DNA from: Octopus sinensis
Taxonomy: Eukaryota
Direction of reading: 5' to 3'
Assembly: GCF_006345805.1 (NCBI RefSeq)
Contig: NC_043019.1
Span: 15,561,360 to 15,625,359 of the forward strand
DNA length: 64,000 nt
In this document: one piece after another, positions 26,447-39,841 of the stretch
How the letters are laid out: each line of letters begins with the position of its first letter
Numbering within the stretch: the stretch's first letter is position 1
The notes under the pieces: model-generated
What the model was told of the DNA's origin: nothing
Databases searched by the model: none
The model's input: only the letters and a program-made list of their open reading frames with translations
Made by a program: the position numbers and the translations under genes

Positions 26447-27473
26447 TACTTACATATACATTGTTATATTGTATACTTTACAATTATGTGTGTGTGTGTG
26501 TATTCCATTTGCTGAACACATAACTCATCAAATCTGAAGTATTATCTTAGTAATTTATTAATTTACATTTTATAATAAAATAAAGAGTGAGTCAAATACT
26601 ATTTCTCGTTGCCAAAAAAAAATCATTTTACATTCTACATTTTATAGTCTCTAGATTGTGTGGACATTTAATTATTTTAGATGCAAACATAGAAAAGACT
26701 ATGGCTTTTAATTACTAGATTTCACTGCTTCACCATTCTTCGCCGACTAATGTGTATAGAATTACTTCAGATTTCGCAGAATTATTATATTTTGAAATAT
26801 GACTGAGTTATTGCTTTTGGTTTCTTTTTTTTTTCTTTTGCATTATTTTTTTTATTTTTTGGTTGCGTTTGGATTCAGTTTGATTCTAATTTCCAATTCC
26901 ATTCTATTACAGAATTATGCTTCTTACTTAGATTTGAATCATGATAAAATTTCCCTTGTTTATTTTAAATTTCGCACCAACTTCTGTCAGATTTGACTTC
27001 ATTTCATAGTCTTGAAATGTCACAGATTGCATACTAACTAGATAACTAACCTCAAAAATTGCTGCAGACATACACCGTTTGATGACAGCATTGAAAAATA
27101 CATAACATTTAATGGAAAATTGTAGCATAATGGTATACGTATATAAAGTAATACAAGCTACGGATTCTCTTTTGTGGTTACAAATATTTTCTTACCATGA
27201 ATACAATCCTCGTCTTAATGATATTTTGAAAAAATAAGCATATATGTGTGTGTGTGTGTGTGTGTGTGTCACTAGCCACTACACAGTCTTTATTTTCTCT
27301 CCTTGTTTCTTTCTGTGTTCCTTTCTGTGGAAGAGCGTAGGCTCGAAACGTTAAAGACGTTTTCACTTTTCGAGCATTATACTAATACATCTGTTTGTCG
27401 TCTACACCACCTGACTCCATCTTTTGGGTTTTTTTTGTGAATTCCCCCCTGTATGTATATATATGTATGTGTG

Positions 27474-27507
<34 letters not shown>

Positions 27508-28374
27508 GGTGTGTATATACTATTAATAATGGTAAGGAGAATGGAGATTTTTCATACCCATAATTTTATTTAACAGTTATTTACAGCATCCTTTACTCAG
27601 CCTACATGCATTTCAACTGCATTAGCTGCACATTGTTGGATATGCAACCTGGTGTCACGGTTGGTGCAGTTTCATCAGCCGGCACCTGAAACCGAATTAA
27701 GAGGAAACACGGTAACTGCCAGGATAATATTTCCCTTCAAACTCATTTTTGGAATTATATATATATATGTGTAAGTCCCCATAGGTCAGAGCACTGGTCT
27801 TGTGAACCAGGGGTTGTGAGTTCAATTACATACCCCGTAACTTAGCAGTTTGGCAAAAGAGACCGATAAAATAAATACTAGGCTTACAAAGAATAAGTCC
27901 TGGGGATGATTTGTTTGACTAAAGGTAGTGCTTCCAGCATGGGCCACAGTCAAATGACAAACAAATAAAAGAGGAAAAGAGTCAGAGTGTGTGTATATAT
28001 ATATAAGCAATAGAAGCATTATTAATACCAAATGGCAATCTTCATATCCTACTCAATGTGGATGTATTATTAGAATACTGAACACTGGTATTTGCTTTGG
28101 GTGATCCTCTCACACAAATGCCCAGGGCTAAGAGCACAGACATATTCCATTAGCAGATGAAAAGTATCTCGCATGGGTACTGGAACTTCCAGATCACAAC
28201 TTCAGTGTATTGCGCTTCCTCAGTTACAGGTGTCTGCTTGCTGCATACCTGCTAAATTTTACTGTCAACAGTATATTGAACAGCAGTGTTGCGAATAGCC
28301 AGCATGATTATTAAAAAACATATATATTACCAATGGAGATAGTATTAATAGCAATCTTTGTATGTGTGTGTGTA

Positions 28375-28413
<39 letters not shown>

Positions 28414-28903
28414 TTGGGTGGGGGTTTATGTAATATAGACTCTTGTTGACTTCAAGGTGTGACAGTCCAACAGTCAATATTGTAGTTGTTAGATTACCTA
28501 CTCAGATGATTTGCTTCCAATGGTGAAGGCTTGTGTAGGTCTAGTCATACTTTTTTCTGCTCTTAACAGAAAATTGATGCAAGTCTTTGCCACAAAATCA
28601 GTGACCAACATACCTCGGGGTTTTCTATTAGAGTTTTCCATCTCCTGGGTTACTAGCCTTTACCACAGCTTAGAGTACATCTCACACTGGTAGGCTAAAT
28701 GTGCAGCTGGGTACCAAACTAAAAGTTCCTAAGTCTTCATGCATGCACACACACACACACACATACACACATGTATGTATACATAACCTGTCTAACCCAT
28801 GCAAGCAAAGAAAACAGATGCTAAATGATGATGATGATGATATATATATATATATTGTTATATTTCGGAATGGTCATATTGCCAGTTTAGCCAAATTTAA
28901 ACG

Positions 28904-28951
<48 letters not shown>

Positions 28952-28961
28952 TACGTATATA

Positions 28962-29174
28962 CAGGGTGGCCCAAAAGTCACTGAGGTGTTAATAATTTCA
29001 TTTATGCTGTTTTAAATTTATGATAACTTAGCACTGCATACAGTATAGGTGTACATTTAGGAAGTATATTGTACATTGGGAGTGAAGAGTTATATTTTGT
29101 GAATTACAAATAGAAAAATGTAATTTAAACAAACTTAACAAACTTTTAGACTCCTCTGTGACTTTTTTGCCATA

Positions 29175-29177
<3 letters not shown>
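28962..29177. mobile_element. Tc1/mariner-type MITE (diverged)
   Basis: TA|CAGGGTGGCCCAAAAGTCACTGAG ... CTCTGTGACTTTTTTGCCATACTG|TA. Same terminus type as the 51096 element. Confidence 0.65.
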
Positions 29178-29219
<42 letters not shown>

Positions 29220-30960
29220 CACACACCAGAATAAGCACATAAATGTGAAACAAGGTGTAAAAAAATGAGTACTCAAATACCAGAGGTAGAGTAATATGCT
29301 TATTTAAAAGCAGCAGAAATGTTTTAACAAAACTGTCCGACAAACAGGAACGTGAAACTCTGAGTAATAGTTTTTGTGATATTTCTGCTGCTTTTTAATA
29401 AAGTGTGTGTATATATATATATATATCTATATATATATAATGTAATCCAATGGCTATTGACTCTTCTAAGATCATCTGTCCTTCGATGGGTTTTGTTTTT
29501 TACCCTGTTGAATGTCCTAAAACCACCTTACTCATCAAACAAGTGTGTTTGTGTGTAATCCTTCTGCCTGTTTTTCTTTGTGTTATTCATCAACATCATC
29601 CACTGTTTTAAATCCGGGTTTTGTCCCTGTTAATGGGGGTGGCCAGATCTATCTCAATGCCATAGCAACTGAGGTAGGCAGGTGCAGCTCACCCCAACCT
29701 TTGGACTGGCTGGTGCCTATTCTTCTTTGCTATCATGAGGCTTTTTTGGGGCTGGATTTTCTACAGGGAGCATGCCCTTGCTTAACCCCAATCTCAGTTT
29801 CTAGATATGAGTGGTCCTGAGACCAAGGTCTCTACCATGATTTTTAAGAAACGTGGTGGAAAACTAGCTCAGGGACACTACTCCCTGAGACCCCTTCTGG
29901 AGATCCCCTACCTTATTATCATGCAATATTTTAAACAGTTGTCACTGTGGTGTCATCTGTTTCAAATCTTCCGTGAGAGCATGTCTGGTGATGGAGAAAT
30001 GTAACGTTTGCTTGCAAACTGTTGGGGAGCTGGCAAGAGTGAGGCCATTAGACCATCGAAAACAAGGAAAAGCATGAGATGAAGTGTTTTGCCCAAGAAC
30101 CCAATACACCATCCAGTCCAGGAATTGAAACCATGCACCCTCACAGTGTATATGTAATACACACACACACACAGTTATATAAGTAAACATGACTATGTGG
30201 TTAAGAATTTCACATCTTAACCCTCACCTATTTCCAAGAAAGATATCTCTCCCTATAGCTGGGCACGTTTTCATGGAAGATTGGAAATGAATGACACTGC
30301 TTATCTGATAGTAACAATCATATACTGCTATCATGCAGTGTCAAGACAAGGACTACCAACACACACATACACGTGATGTGCTTCTTTCTGTTTCTGTCTA
30401 CCAAATCCATTCACATTGCTTTAGTTGGCCTGGGGCTATAGTAGATGACACTTGCCCAAGGTGCCAAGTAGGGAGACTAAACCCAAAGCTATTAGATGAA
30501 TGTGTGTGCGCATGGTTCCAATTCCTGGACTGGGTGGTATATTGTGTTCTTGGGCAAAACACTCCATCTCATGCTGCTTTGTGATCACTTTGACATCCGG
30601 TGTGTGTGGTACACTGTGCACCTGTTCAGGTGACATTGATTTGATGGTAGGGTTGAGCTAACGTACAGAACAAACACTTGACCCCCATAAACAAAGCATT
30701 TGTGCAGTTCATTGAGAGAGAAACTGCAGAAGTGTCTTTCTTAATGTACAAAAGACTACCATCATACAGTCTTTTATTTGTTTCAGTCATTTGACTGTGG
30801 CCATGCTGGGGCACCACCTTTAATCAAGCAAATCAACCCCAGGACTTATTCTTTGTGAGCCTAGTATTTATTCTATCAGTTCTCTTTTGCCGAGCCACTA
30901 AGTTACAGGGAGGTAAACACACCAGCATTCATTGTCAAGCGACACACAAACTCTCATGTG

Positions 30961-30991
<31 letters not shown>

Positions 30992-31322
30992 ACAACAAGC
31001 TTCTCTCAGTTTCCATCTACTAAATCCACTCACAAGATTTTGGTCGGCCTGGGCCTATAGTAGAAAACACTTGCCCAAGGTGCCATGCAGTGGGACTGAA
31101 CCCGGAACCATGTAGTTGGAAAGCAGGCTACTTACCACACAACCACTCCTATATATTATTGTGCCTTTATTCATAACAAGAAGTTTCACGTACTAATTAA
31201 AGTTCTCAAAACTTCAGAAAACAAAGTTTATATAACTCGTTGTATGTAAAGTTACAATTCTGTTTGTATTCTTATGGTTTTCTTTTTCAAAGCAAGTAAA
31301 TTAAAGCTTTGTGCAGGTTGAA

Positions 31323-31368
<46 letters not shown>

Positions 31369-31487
31369 GTATTCCTATAGAGCTGTAAAATTGGAGATGG
31401 TTTAAATTAATTAGTCAAATAATTAAGTTAAATGGCTGTAAAGAAGTAAACAACATTTTTTTCTTTCTTTTTGTTCTTCCTCTTCAG

Positions 31488-31546
31488 GGACACTCTATAT
31501 CAGAAGACGGAGTCAGTTGCTAAGGGAAACAGCCAAAGTAGGTGAT
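31488..31546 (+). CDS. Internal coding exon of an unidentified host gene (59 nt)
   Basis: Strong acceptor TTTTTTCTTTCTTTTTGTTCTTCCTCTTCAG| and |GTAAGT donor. Only one frame is open across it: (x)TLYIRRRSQLLRETAKVGD, phase 1 to phase 0. An alternative donor AG|GTGATG at 31542 would give 54 nt. Confidence 0.65.
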
Positions 31547-31854
31547 GTAAGTATAATGACTGTTTTTCTGATTCTTCTTCTTCTATAAGTTGTTGTTGTT
31601 TAACATGTTTGATACCAACCCGCCTGAGATTTCCCTTGGTCCTATGACATAAACTGCTGTTTTAACCCTTTAGCTTTCAGCTGACCCTTTCAAAATGCTT
31701 ATTTATTTACATTGTTTTGAAATAATCATGCATTGTCTTATAGCTTTGAGATTTCTATGATCTGATTGTTTATTTTTAGGGTAGGTGTGAGAAGCAGGAT
31801 CAGGTCAGTTTTAACAAAATAGGATCCAGTCAGGCAACCCTGGCAACGACCATG

Positions 31855-32085
31855 CTTGAATGGTGCTGTTTATGTGCCACCAGCGTGGGACCAGTCAGCC
31901 AGCACTGGCATCAACCACACTCAAATGGTGCTTTTTATGTGCCACCTGCACGGGAGCCAGTCAGGCGGCACTGGCAACGATCATGCTCACTTGGTGCTTT
32001 TTATGTGCCACTGGCACAGGACCAGCCAGGCAGCACTGGCGTCGACCACACTTGAATGGTGCTTTTTATGTGCCACCAGCAAGAA
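31855..32085 (+). repeat. ~65-bp degenerate tandem array from the family C / RTE 3' UTR subrepeat
   Basis: Four units of TGGTGCTTTTTATGTGCCAC..GCACTGGC. The inter-motif segments are homologous to each other. Confidence 0.75.
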
Positions 32086-32884
32086 AAAGAAATAGTCTAG
32101 GCATGACCATCCAGTCTCAATCTTTTCAGATATAGTTTATCTTAGCTTACATCATACACTGTATAGGTTTGTACTTTTTTTTTTTTTAAATGAGACAATA
32201 GTGTGATTTAGCTGCTATTTCTAGCAGGTGGAGCATCTCCATAGAGATTCAGTTGAAGTCGAGGCTGGAATTACCAATGTATCAATAACAGGTCATGGGA
32301 AATAATGATATTGACTAAATTTATTGAGTCATTGCATGGGATATCCTCCTGCTCTTCTTCCTTCTTGTCATCCTCCACCTTCTCCTCCTCGTTATTCATC
32401 TGTCTTTCCATGCTTTGCAGGGATTAGCTAAGTCTTCTCCATCCAGCACAGGCGTCTCCCAGTTGTTTGTGTTCCCTCTTTGTCTCTTTTGTGAGATTCT
32501 TTTTCCCCCTTTTCAACATCCCCCCCCACCTCACCATGATCAGCTTTCACCAATTCCAACTCCCCCTACTCCTTCCTCTTCTACAGGCTCCTTCCTTTCC
32601 ACTTGGATTGGTTAAATAATTTATCTCTATGGAAATACATTAAAATACTTGTTCAAGGTTACACAAAGCAAGGCATGTGTTGTTTTAACATTACTTCGAC
32701 ATTATCTCATGGACCCGCTGGGCTTTTGTGTTATTTCTCTTTTATACTTTTTACTTGTTTCACTCACTGGACTGTGGCCATTCTGGGGTGTTGCCTTGAA
32801 GGGTTTCATCAAACCAGTTAACCTCAGTACTCCTATTTAAATCTGCTACTTACTCTATTGGTCTCTTTTGCTAAATCTTTAACT

Positions 32885-33205
32885 CATAGGTTCTCAAAGT
32901 GTGCGCTACCACCCCCGGTGGGCATTGAAATGGTCCAGGTGGGCGCTGGTGCCTAAGGGGGCGTGAGGGGTAAAGAAAAAGGAGGCATTGGGAGGAAGGC
33001 AGTGAATTGGGAGATACTATGAATTTATTATATCATTATAGTATTGTATGCAAATTATATAATATTATATTAAATATCAAATGATTCATAGTATATATAA
33101 ATTAGTAAAATACAAAATATTTATACATAAAAATAGGGTTGGGGACACTGAGGGTATTATGTGGCCATGAGGGTGGGGATGGCCCAAGAAGTTTGCGAAC
33201 CTCTG
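32885..33205. mobile_element. hAT (Charlie-like) MITE inserted in a family A SINE
   Basis: Ends CATAGGTTCTCAAA / TTTGCGAACCTCTG, with an 8-bp target duplication CTTTAACT / CTCTAACT (7/8 match). The SINE sequence resumes on both sides. Confidence 0.8.
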
Positions 33206-35633
33206 CTCTAACTTATGGGGATATAAAAAATACCAACACTGATTGTCAAGCAGTGGTGGGAGACAAACAAAGAACCCCACCCCATGTACATGGGCTTCCA
33301 CACAGTTTCCATCTACCAAAATCACTCAAGGCATAGGTTGGCCTGGGGCTATACTAGAAATCACTAGCCCAAGGTACTGCCTATTGGGACCAAACCAGAA
33401 ACCATGTGGGACTGAACTTGAAACCATGTGGTTGAAAAAGCAAGATTCTTAACCACATGATCCTACCTGATTTATTATTATTTTTAATTAGATCTCAAAC
33501 AGTGTTAAATGTGTTGGCTTGCCATGGGGTAAATTATGGCATCTACTTAAGTTAATGGTGAGGTGTGAGAGAAACTGGACTCCCATACTTAGTTTGTTGA
33601 GCTTTAAAAAGTTAACTAGAAATAAACATGTAGTGAGACAAATAGTCAGTCAGTTAAGTTAATGCTATTATATTTGATGTGTGCAACTTTAAATATGTTA
33701 GACTAAAAATAAATTATGTGATGAAACAGGCAGGCAGGCAGGCAGATAGCTAGGTAGCTCAGGTAGGGTTAATATGCTTAATGCAGAGAACTTTTGATGG
33801 CTAACTGGAAATATGTGGTGAGACAGACAGTTAAATAGACAGGCATACTGATAGGTAAATAGACAGATTGGTGGACAGGAAGACAGACAGACATGTAGAC
33901 AGAAAGACAGGCAGGCAGATTGACAAATAGACAGGTTAGTTAGTGTTAACGTATTTAATGTATGGAGAATTAAAAGGTTAGCTAGAAATAATTGGGTGGA
34001 GAAAGAGATAGACACAAAATGAGATAGACAGACACAGAGGGACAGAGAGAGAGAGATGAAGTAACTTATTATTATTCTTCTTATTATTATTAAGGTGGTA
34101 AGCTAGTAGAATCGTTAGCGCTCCGGATGAAATGCTTAGTGGTATTTTGTCCATAGCTACTACTTTCTGAGTTCAAATTCCACTGAGGTCGACTTTACTT
34201 TTCAACCTTTTGTGGTCAATAAATTAAGTACCAGTTGAACACTGGGGTTAGTGTACAAAATTGCTGGCCTTGTGCCAAAATTTGAATCCAATATATTTTA
34301 TAATTTGAAGATTAACTAGAAATAATTATGAAGAAACAGGAAAAGAAAGAATAACACTTTTAATCATTGACTTATATTATTTTCATTTTTTTTCTGTCTT
34401 ATTCTGGCCTCATCAGTAAAACATAGCTTTCACTGTACTTGCAGTGATGAATGAATCACTAAATAATATGTAAGATTAGATATTGGTTGGAGTTGCAAAA
34501 TATAATTGATTGTAATACTGCGATACCATCTACTGGGAAAGCACTACAGATAAAATAGAATTTACATATTTAACCCTTTAGCTTTCAAATCAGTCATATC
34601 TGGCCTAAATATCCTACGTTTCATTTTCAAACCAGCCAGATCCAGCCTTTCACACTTATCCTAGCTTAACTATTTTAGTATGACTTGGCAGAAATGTTTT
34701 TTTTCAGTTTTTGTTTTGTTTCCCCTCATCAGAAATAGCAAAAAATGTTTGGGGTTAAATTAACAAGTTAGAGTTTCCAGTAGGTTTATACTGCAAATAC
34801 AGTTTGTTACATTAAAACTGAAGTTTACCATTTTTCCTGGAATATGTGTATGTGTGTGAATGTTTGAGCGAATGTATTTTTTGCATTTTCTATTTCTTTA
34901 TTGCCCACAAAGGGCTAAACATAGAGGGGACAAACAAGGACAGACAAAGGGATTAAGTCGATTACATCAACCCCAGTGCGTAACTGGTACTTAATTTATC
35001 AACCCCAAAAGGATGAAAGGCAAAGTCAACCTCAGAACGTAACGGCAGACGAAATACCTATTTCTTTACTACCCACAAGGGGCTAAACACAGAGTGGACG
35101 AACAAGGACAGACAAATGGATTAAGTCGATTACGTCGACCCCAGTGCATAACTGGTACTTATTTAATTGACCCTGAAAGGATGAAAGGCAAAGTTGACCT
35201 CGGTGGAATTTGAACTCAGAACATAGCGGCAGACGAAATACCACTAAGCATTTCGCCCGGCGCGCTAACATTTCTGCCAGCTCACCACCTTATTTTTTGC
35301 ATTTTCGTGTGCACGCATGCGTTTGTGTGTGTGTGTGTGTGTGTTTTGATCAAGCTACCATATTGTTCTGTTGGGGTGTTTTTTTGTTTTTTTTCACAGC
35401 AAAATAATTTATTCCACTTTGTGAACTTTTTCTACTTAGTTAACCACTTGTCCCAACATAGACTATCACTTAGTCCGTACTCTTGATTCTACTGCATCAC
35501 TTACTGTATTTTCAGTCTTTTATTTTCTCTCTCTCTCTCCCTCCCCTTGCTTCCTCCTCTCTCTCTCTCTTTCTCTCAACAAGTAGGTTAGTTCGTGTAC
35601 ATTTTATTTTTCTTATTTCTTCTTCCCTATCAG

Positions 35634-35663
35634 CTTCTGAAGCAGAAGTACACATCATTCTAA
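35634..35663 (+). CDS. Speculative short terminal exon (LLKQKYTSF*)
   Basis: Strong acceptor TTTTATTTTTCTTATTTCTTCTTCCCTATCAG|. All three frames close within ~35 nt and there is no good donor. Phase 0 is compatible with exon 31488-31546. Confidence 0.2.
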   Translation, partial: LLKQKYTSF

Positions 35664-36271
35664 CCTGAATTGACTCTGCTTCACAACAAGCAATTACTCA
35701 GAGCAGAGGAGGAAACACACCGAGATTTTTCATCTAATTTTCTCTCAATCCACAAGTCCAAATTGTTATTTGTCCATTAATATAAAACCATTGTCTTTAG
35801 ACAAGCTAACAAGAAGAGCCTCTCTCTGTCTGGTAGCTTGACCTGCTAGAAATAGTAACCAAATCTCCTTCATGTCATACACCTTAATCTCTTATCCCTT
35901 ACTTGTTTCAGTCACTGGTTTGTGGCTCTGCTGGGGCTCTGCTTTGAAGGGTTTTAGTTATAATGATTGACTCCAGTATTTATTTTTAAGTCTGGTTCCT
36001 GCCCTTTACCACTAGTCTTGGAGACCCTATGAAGCAATGTTTCTCAACCATTTTTTGCCTGTGGACCCTTTGATTGCTGTTTTACTTTACCAAACCTCCA
36101 TAGCCATTTGATGTATAAAACAATCCTATTATATTTTTATAATTAAATATTATTAGGAATTGTATAAAAAAAAAATGTTAAAATATTTTGTGTATTGTTG
36201 GAATGTAACCAATTTATTGCATGTAAATTTTAACAAGAAAATCTTATATGAATCCCCACAAATGTCATGTA

Positions 36272-37546
36272 TCAGGTCATCACATAAGTTCTGTCCGATT
36301 TTACCGTTTTTAAAATTGAATAAAATTTAATAGTATTTTAGAATGTCTAATGGAATTAAAAATTGTTTTTATGTGTTTGTGTATATTTAAACTAATTAAA
36401 TATTATTTTACAAAATAATAGAATTAAAATTTCTTTGATTAAAACCCTTTCTAACTTGGAAGTATCCAAAGAGCATTTGAGGCACACAATGCTTTATGAG
36501 TACAAAAAAGGAAACTCTGCAGCCAAAGCGATTCGAAACATACAATAAGTTTATGGGAAAGAATGCTTGAATGAAAGAACTTGCAGAAGATGGTTTGCAA
36601 AATTCAGAAGTGGAGATTTCAGCTTTGAAGAGGAAGATCGAACAGGACATCCAGTTGATTTTGATGATAAGCTCCTTGAGGCATTACTTGAAGAAAATCC
36701 TGCATTATCAGCTGAAGGATTGGCAATAAAGCTTAGTTCAAACCATACAACTGTTCATCTTCAACAACTTGGAAAGGTTCCTAAACTTGGAATATGGGTG
36801 CCTCATGAATTGTTCGAAGGCAACCGCAAATCCTGAGTTGACATCTGTTCTTCTCTCCATTCTCGCGAACTCATTTCACCCTTTTTGGATAGACTTGTGA
36901 CTGGTGACGAAAAATGGATCTTCTATCAAAATGTTAAATGTCAAAAACAGTGGCTTGGTAAAAGGGAAAAAGCTCAACCATAACCGAGAAGGGAACTTCA
37001 TGGGAAAAAGGTTCTTCTCTCTATCTGGTGGGATTGCAAAGGAGTAATTCACTTTGAATTGTTACCACCTAATGCAACAATCAATGCTGAAGTCTACTGT
37101 CAGCAATTAGAATATTTGAACCAAGCTTTGAAGAAAAAAAGACCTGCTTTAGTGAATCGAAAAGGAGTGATGTTTCATCAGGACAATGCATGACCCCACA
37201 CTGCAAAGATCACATCACAGAAGATCGAAGAGCTTGGTTGGAAAAAAATTCTTCATCCACCTTATTTTCCTGACCTTGCTCCTTCAGACTACCATTTGTT
37301 TTGTAGTTTACAAAATCATTTGGGGGACATAACTTTTGCAAGCCAGGAGGGGGTCGAAACTGACAGTTCTTCGCTTTGAAACCAAAAGAGTTTTACATTG
37401 ATGGGATTAAAAAGCTTGTAAATAGATGGAAGGAAGTCATAGATAATCAGGGAAAGTACATTGATGATTAAATTTCAATTAAATATAACATTTGATCACT
37501 TGTTTTCTTTATTCAAAATTCAGACAGAACTTATGGGATGGCCTGA
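36272..37546 (+). mobile_element. Full-length mariner transposon (~1.28 kb), inactive
   Basis: ~31-bp TIRs TCAGGTCATCACATAAGTTCTGTCCGATTTT / AAAATTCAGACAGAACTTATGGGATGGCCTGA, with TA target duplication at 36270-36271 and 37547-37548. Confidence 0.95.
36456..37471 (+). pseudogene. Mariner D,D34D transposase pseudogene
   Basis: Motifs WVPHEL, LVTGDEKW, FHQDNA*PH and HPPYFPDLAPSDYHLF; 34 residues lie between the 2nd and 3rd Asp. The start reads TTG, there are four in-frame stops, a small deletion, and a frameshift near 37370. Confidence 0.95.
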
Positions 37547-39409
37547 TAGATCCTGATTGAAAACCACTGCATTTCATTTTGCTTTTCATCCTTTCAGGTC
37601 TGATAAAATAAAGCACTGAGCTGGCAGAATCGTTAGCAGGTTGGACGAAATGCTTAGTGGTATTTCACCCACCACTACATTCTGAGTTCAAATTCTGCTG
37701 GGGTCGACTCCGCCTTTCATCCTTTCAGATTAAATACCAGTGAAACACTGGGGTTGATGTAATCGACTAGTCCCTCTCCCCCACAATTTCAGGCCTTGTG
37801 CCTATAGTAGAAAGGATTATTATTATTATTATTATTATTATTTTTATGGCAGTGAGCTGGCAGAATCGTTAGCACACCGGGTGAAATTCTTATCAGTATT
37901 TTTGCCCGTCATGTTCTGAGTTCAGATTCCACCAGGGTTGTCTTTACCTTTCATCTTTTTGTGGTTGATAAATTAAGTACCAGTTGAGCACTGGGGGTTT
38001 ATGTAGTCAACTAGTTCCCTCCCTCAAAATTTCAGGCCTTGTGCCTATAGCAGAAAGGATTACTACTACTACTACTACTACTACTTGTTGAAGTTCATTT
38101 TAATTTTGCACTTTAGTATTGTATTTTCTGGCACTTAACTTGGATTCTAATGAATAACTTTAAGTATTCTGTAGAACAGAATGTCAGCGACCAGATCAGG
38201 AGTGTATATTGTATTTATATAATATTGTCATATTATTATTATTATTATTGTTGTTGTTGTTGTCCAGTCCCACACAGCTTCCATCTGCATCCTGAAGACT
38301 GGAAACAATGGACCCTCTTGTATGGTTGTGACACTCATTTTGGAACTACCATGTAATGTCAAGACAGACACAGATATGTATAGTATTATCAACGCTCATC
38401 GTTTCCATGCTTGCATGGGTTGGGTGAATGGAATGCGTTAAGATTGTCTACTGCCAGATGCCCTTTCCATCATCAACCCTCACTCCGTTCCAAAGTAATA
38501 TTTGCCCATGACATGTTTTCATGAAATATTGGGAACAAAAGATATGACTTGCACGATGACAGTCATTTACAGCCATCACGTGATGTTAAGGCAAATAGGT
38601 AGCAACACACATATACACATTTATAAATGTATACGACAGGCTTCTTTCAGTTTTCATCTACCAAATCCACTAACAAAGCTTTGCTCAGCCCAGGGATATA
38701 GTAGAAAACTCTTGCCCAAGGCATTAGACAGTGGGACTGAACCCAGAACCATGTCGTTGGGAAGTAAACTTCTTACCACACATCTACACCTACACACACA
38801 CACATTTACATGCCCATAAACACATGATAGACTTCTTTCAGATTCCGTCTACCAAATTCACTCACAAGGCTAAAGTTTGCCTGGGGATGTAGTAAAAGAT
38901 ATTTGTCGAAGGTATCATGCTGTGAGATTGAACCTGGAACCATGTGATTGGGAAGCAAGCTTCTTAACCACAGTCATGCCTGTGCCATATAATCCTACTA
39001 CATAACTGTGAAGCGGTATGGCCTAAAGTACTGAGTTCACAATCATCAGTTCGTAAGTTCAATTGCTGGATCAGGTGACATGTTCTTGAGCAAGGTACTT
39101 CACTTCACATTGCTTCAATCTACTCAGCTGAAAATGAGTACCAACTGGTGAAGCTCTCTCTCTCTCTCTCTCTCTCTCACTCCTCCCCAACCCTCTTATT
39201 CTCGATGTTCAACTGGATCAAGATTGCGAGGACCAAGAGGGTTTTTATAACTGCTCAGAACTACTTAGACACTTAAAACATTTAGATAATACTTGGGACA
39301 TTCTACTGAGTCATACTTACTTGGGAATGATATAACTATCTTTTATCTTTTACTTATTTCAGTCATTGGACTGTGGCCATGCTGGGGCACCACCTTGAAG
39401 GTTTTAGTC

Positions 39410-39841
39410 CAGTGGTTCTCAACCAGGGTCCATAGGACTCTTGAGGTTTCATATGAGATTTTATTGTTAAAATTTATCTGCAACAAATCGGTTGTATTTC
39501 TACAATACACAATATGTTTTAACAATTTTTTTTATACAATTCCTAACAATATTTAATTATAAAAATCCAATAGTAGTTTTTTAAACACAGAATGGCTATG
39601 AAAGTCCATCCCAGTAAAATAGGGATCAAAGAGATCCATAGATACAAATGGTTGAGAACCTCTACTCTAGAATAACACTGCTAGAAATAACAGTGAACCC
39701 ACACTACTGTCTTTTTTTTTTAAAAAAAAGCACAAAATCACCCGGCATACATACGACTCAATGTAATCTGAAATAAACGTCCACTCAAGTAAAACTGGAA
39801 TCAAAGGGGTCTATTGGTCAAAAAATGGTTGAGAACCACTG
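39410..39841. mobile_element. hAT-type MITE(s) inserted in a family A SINE
   Basis: CAGTGGTTCTCAACC at 39410; inverted ends GGTTGAGAACCTCTA (~39664) and GGTTGAGAACCACTG (~39841). The SINE resumes afterwards. Confidence 0.75.

Larger units (their letters stand above)
36035..37569. mobile_element. hAT-type MITE split by the mariner insertion
   Basis: Ends CAATGTTTCTCAACC / GATTGAAAACCACTG. The interior aligns with the reverse complement of the uninterrupted sibling at 39410-39664. Confidence 0.75.

Noticed and set aside
28570-28689. 120-nt symmetric + strand exon candidate
   Set aside because: It has a good acceptor and an open frame, but its 3' half (GAGTTTTCCATCTCCTGG...) resembles degenerate dispersed-repeat sequence and the peptide is unrecognisable.
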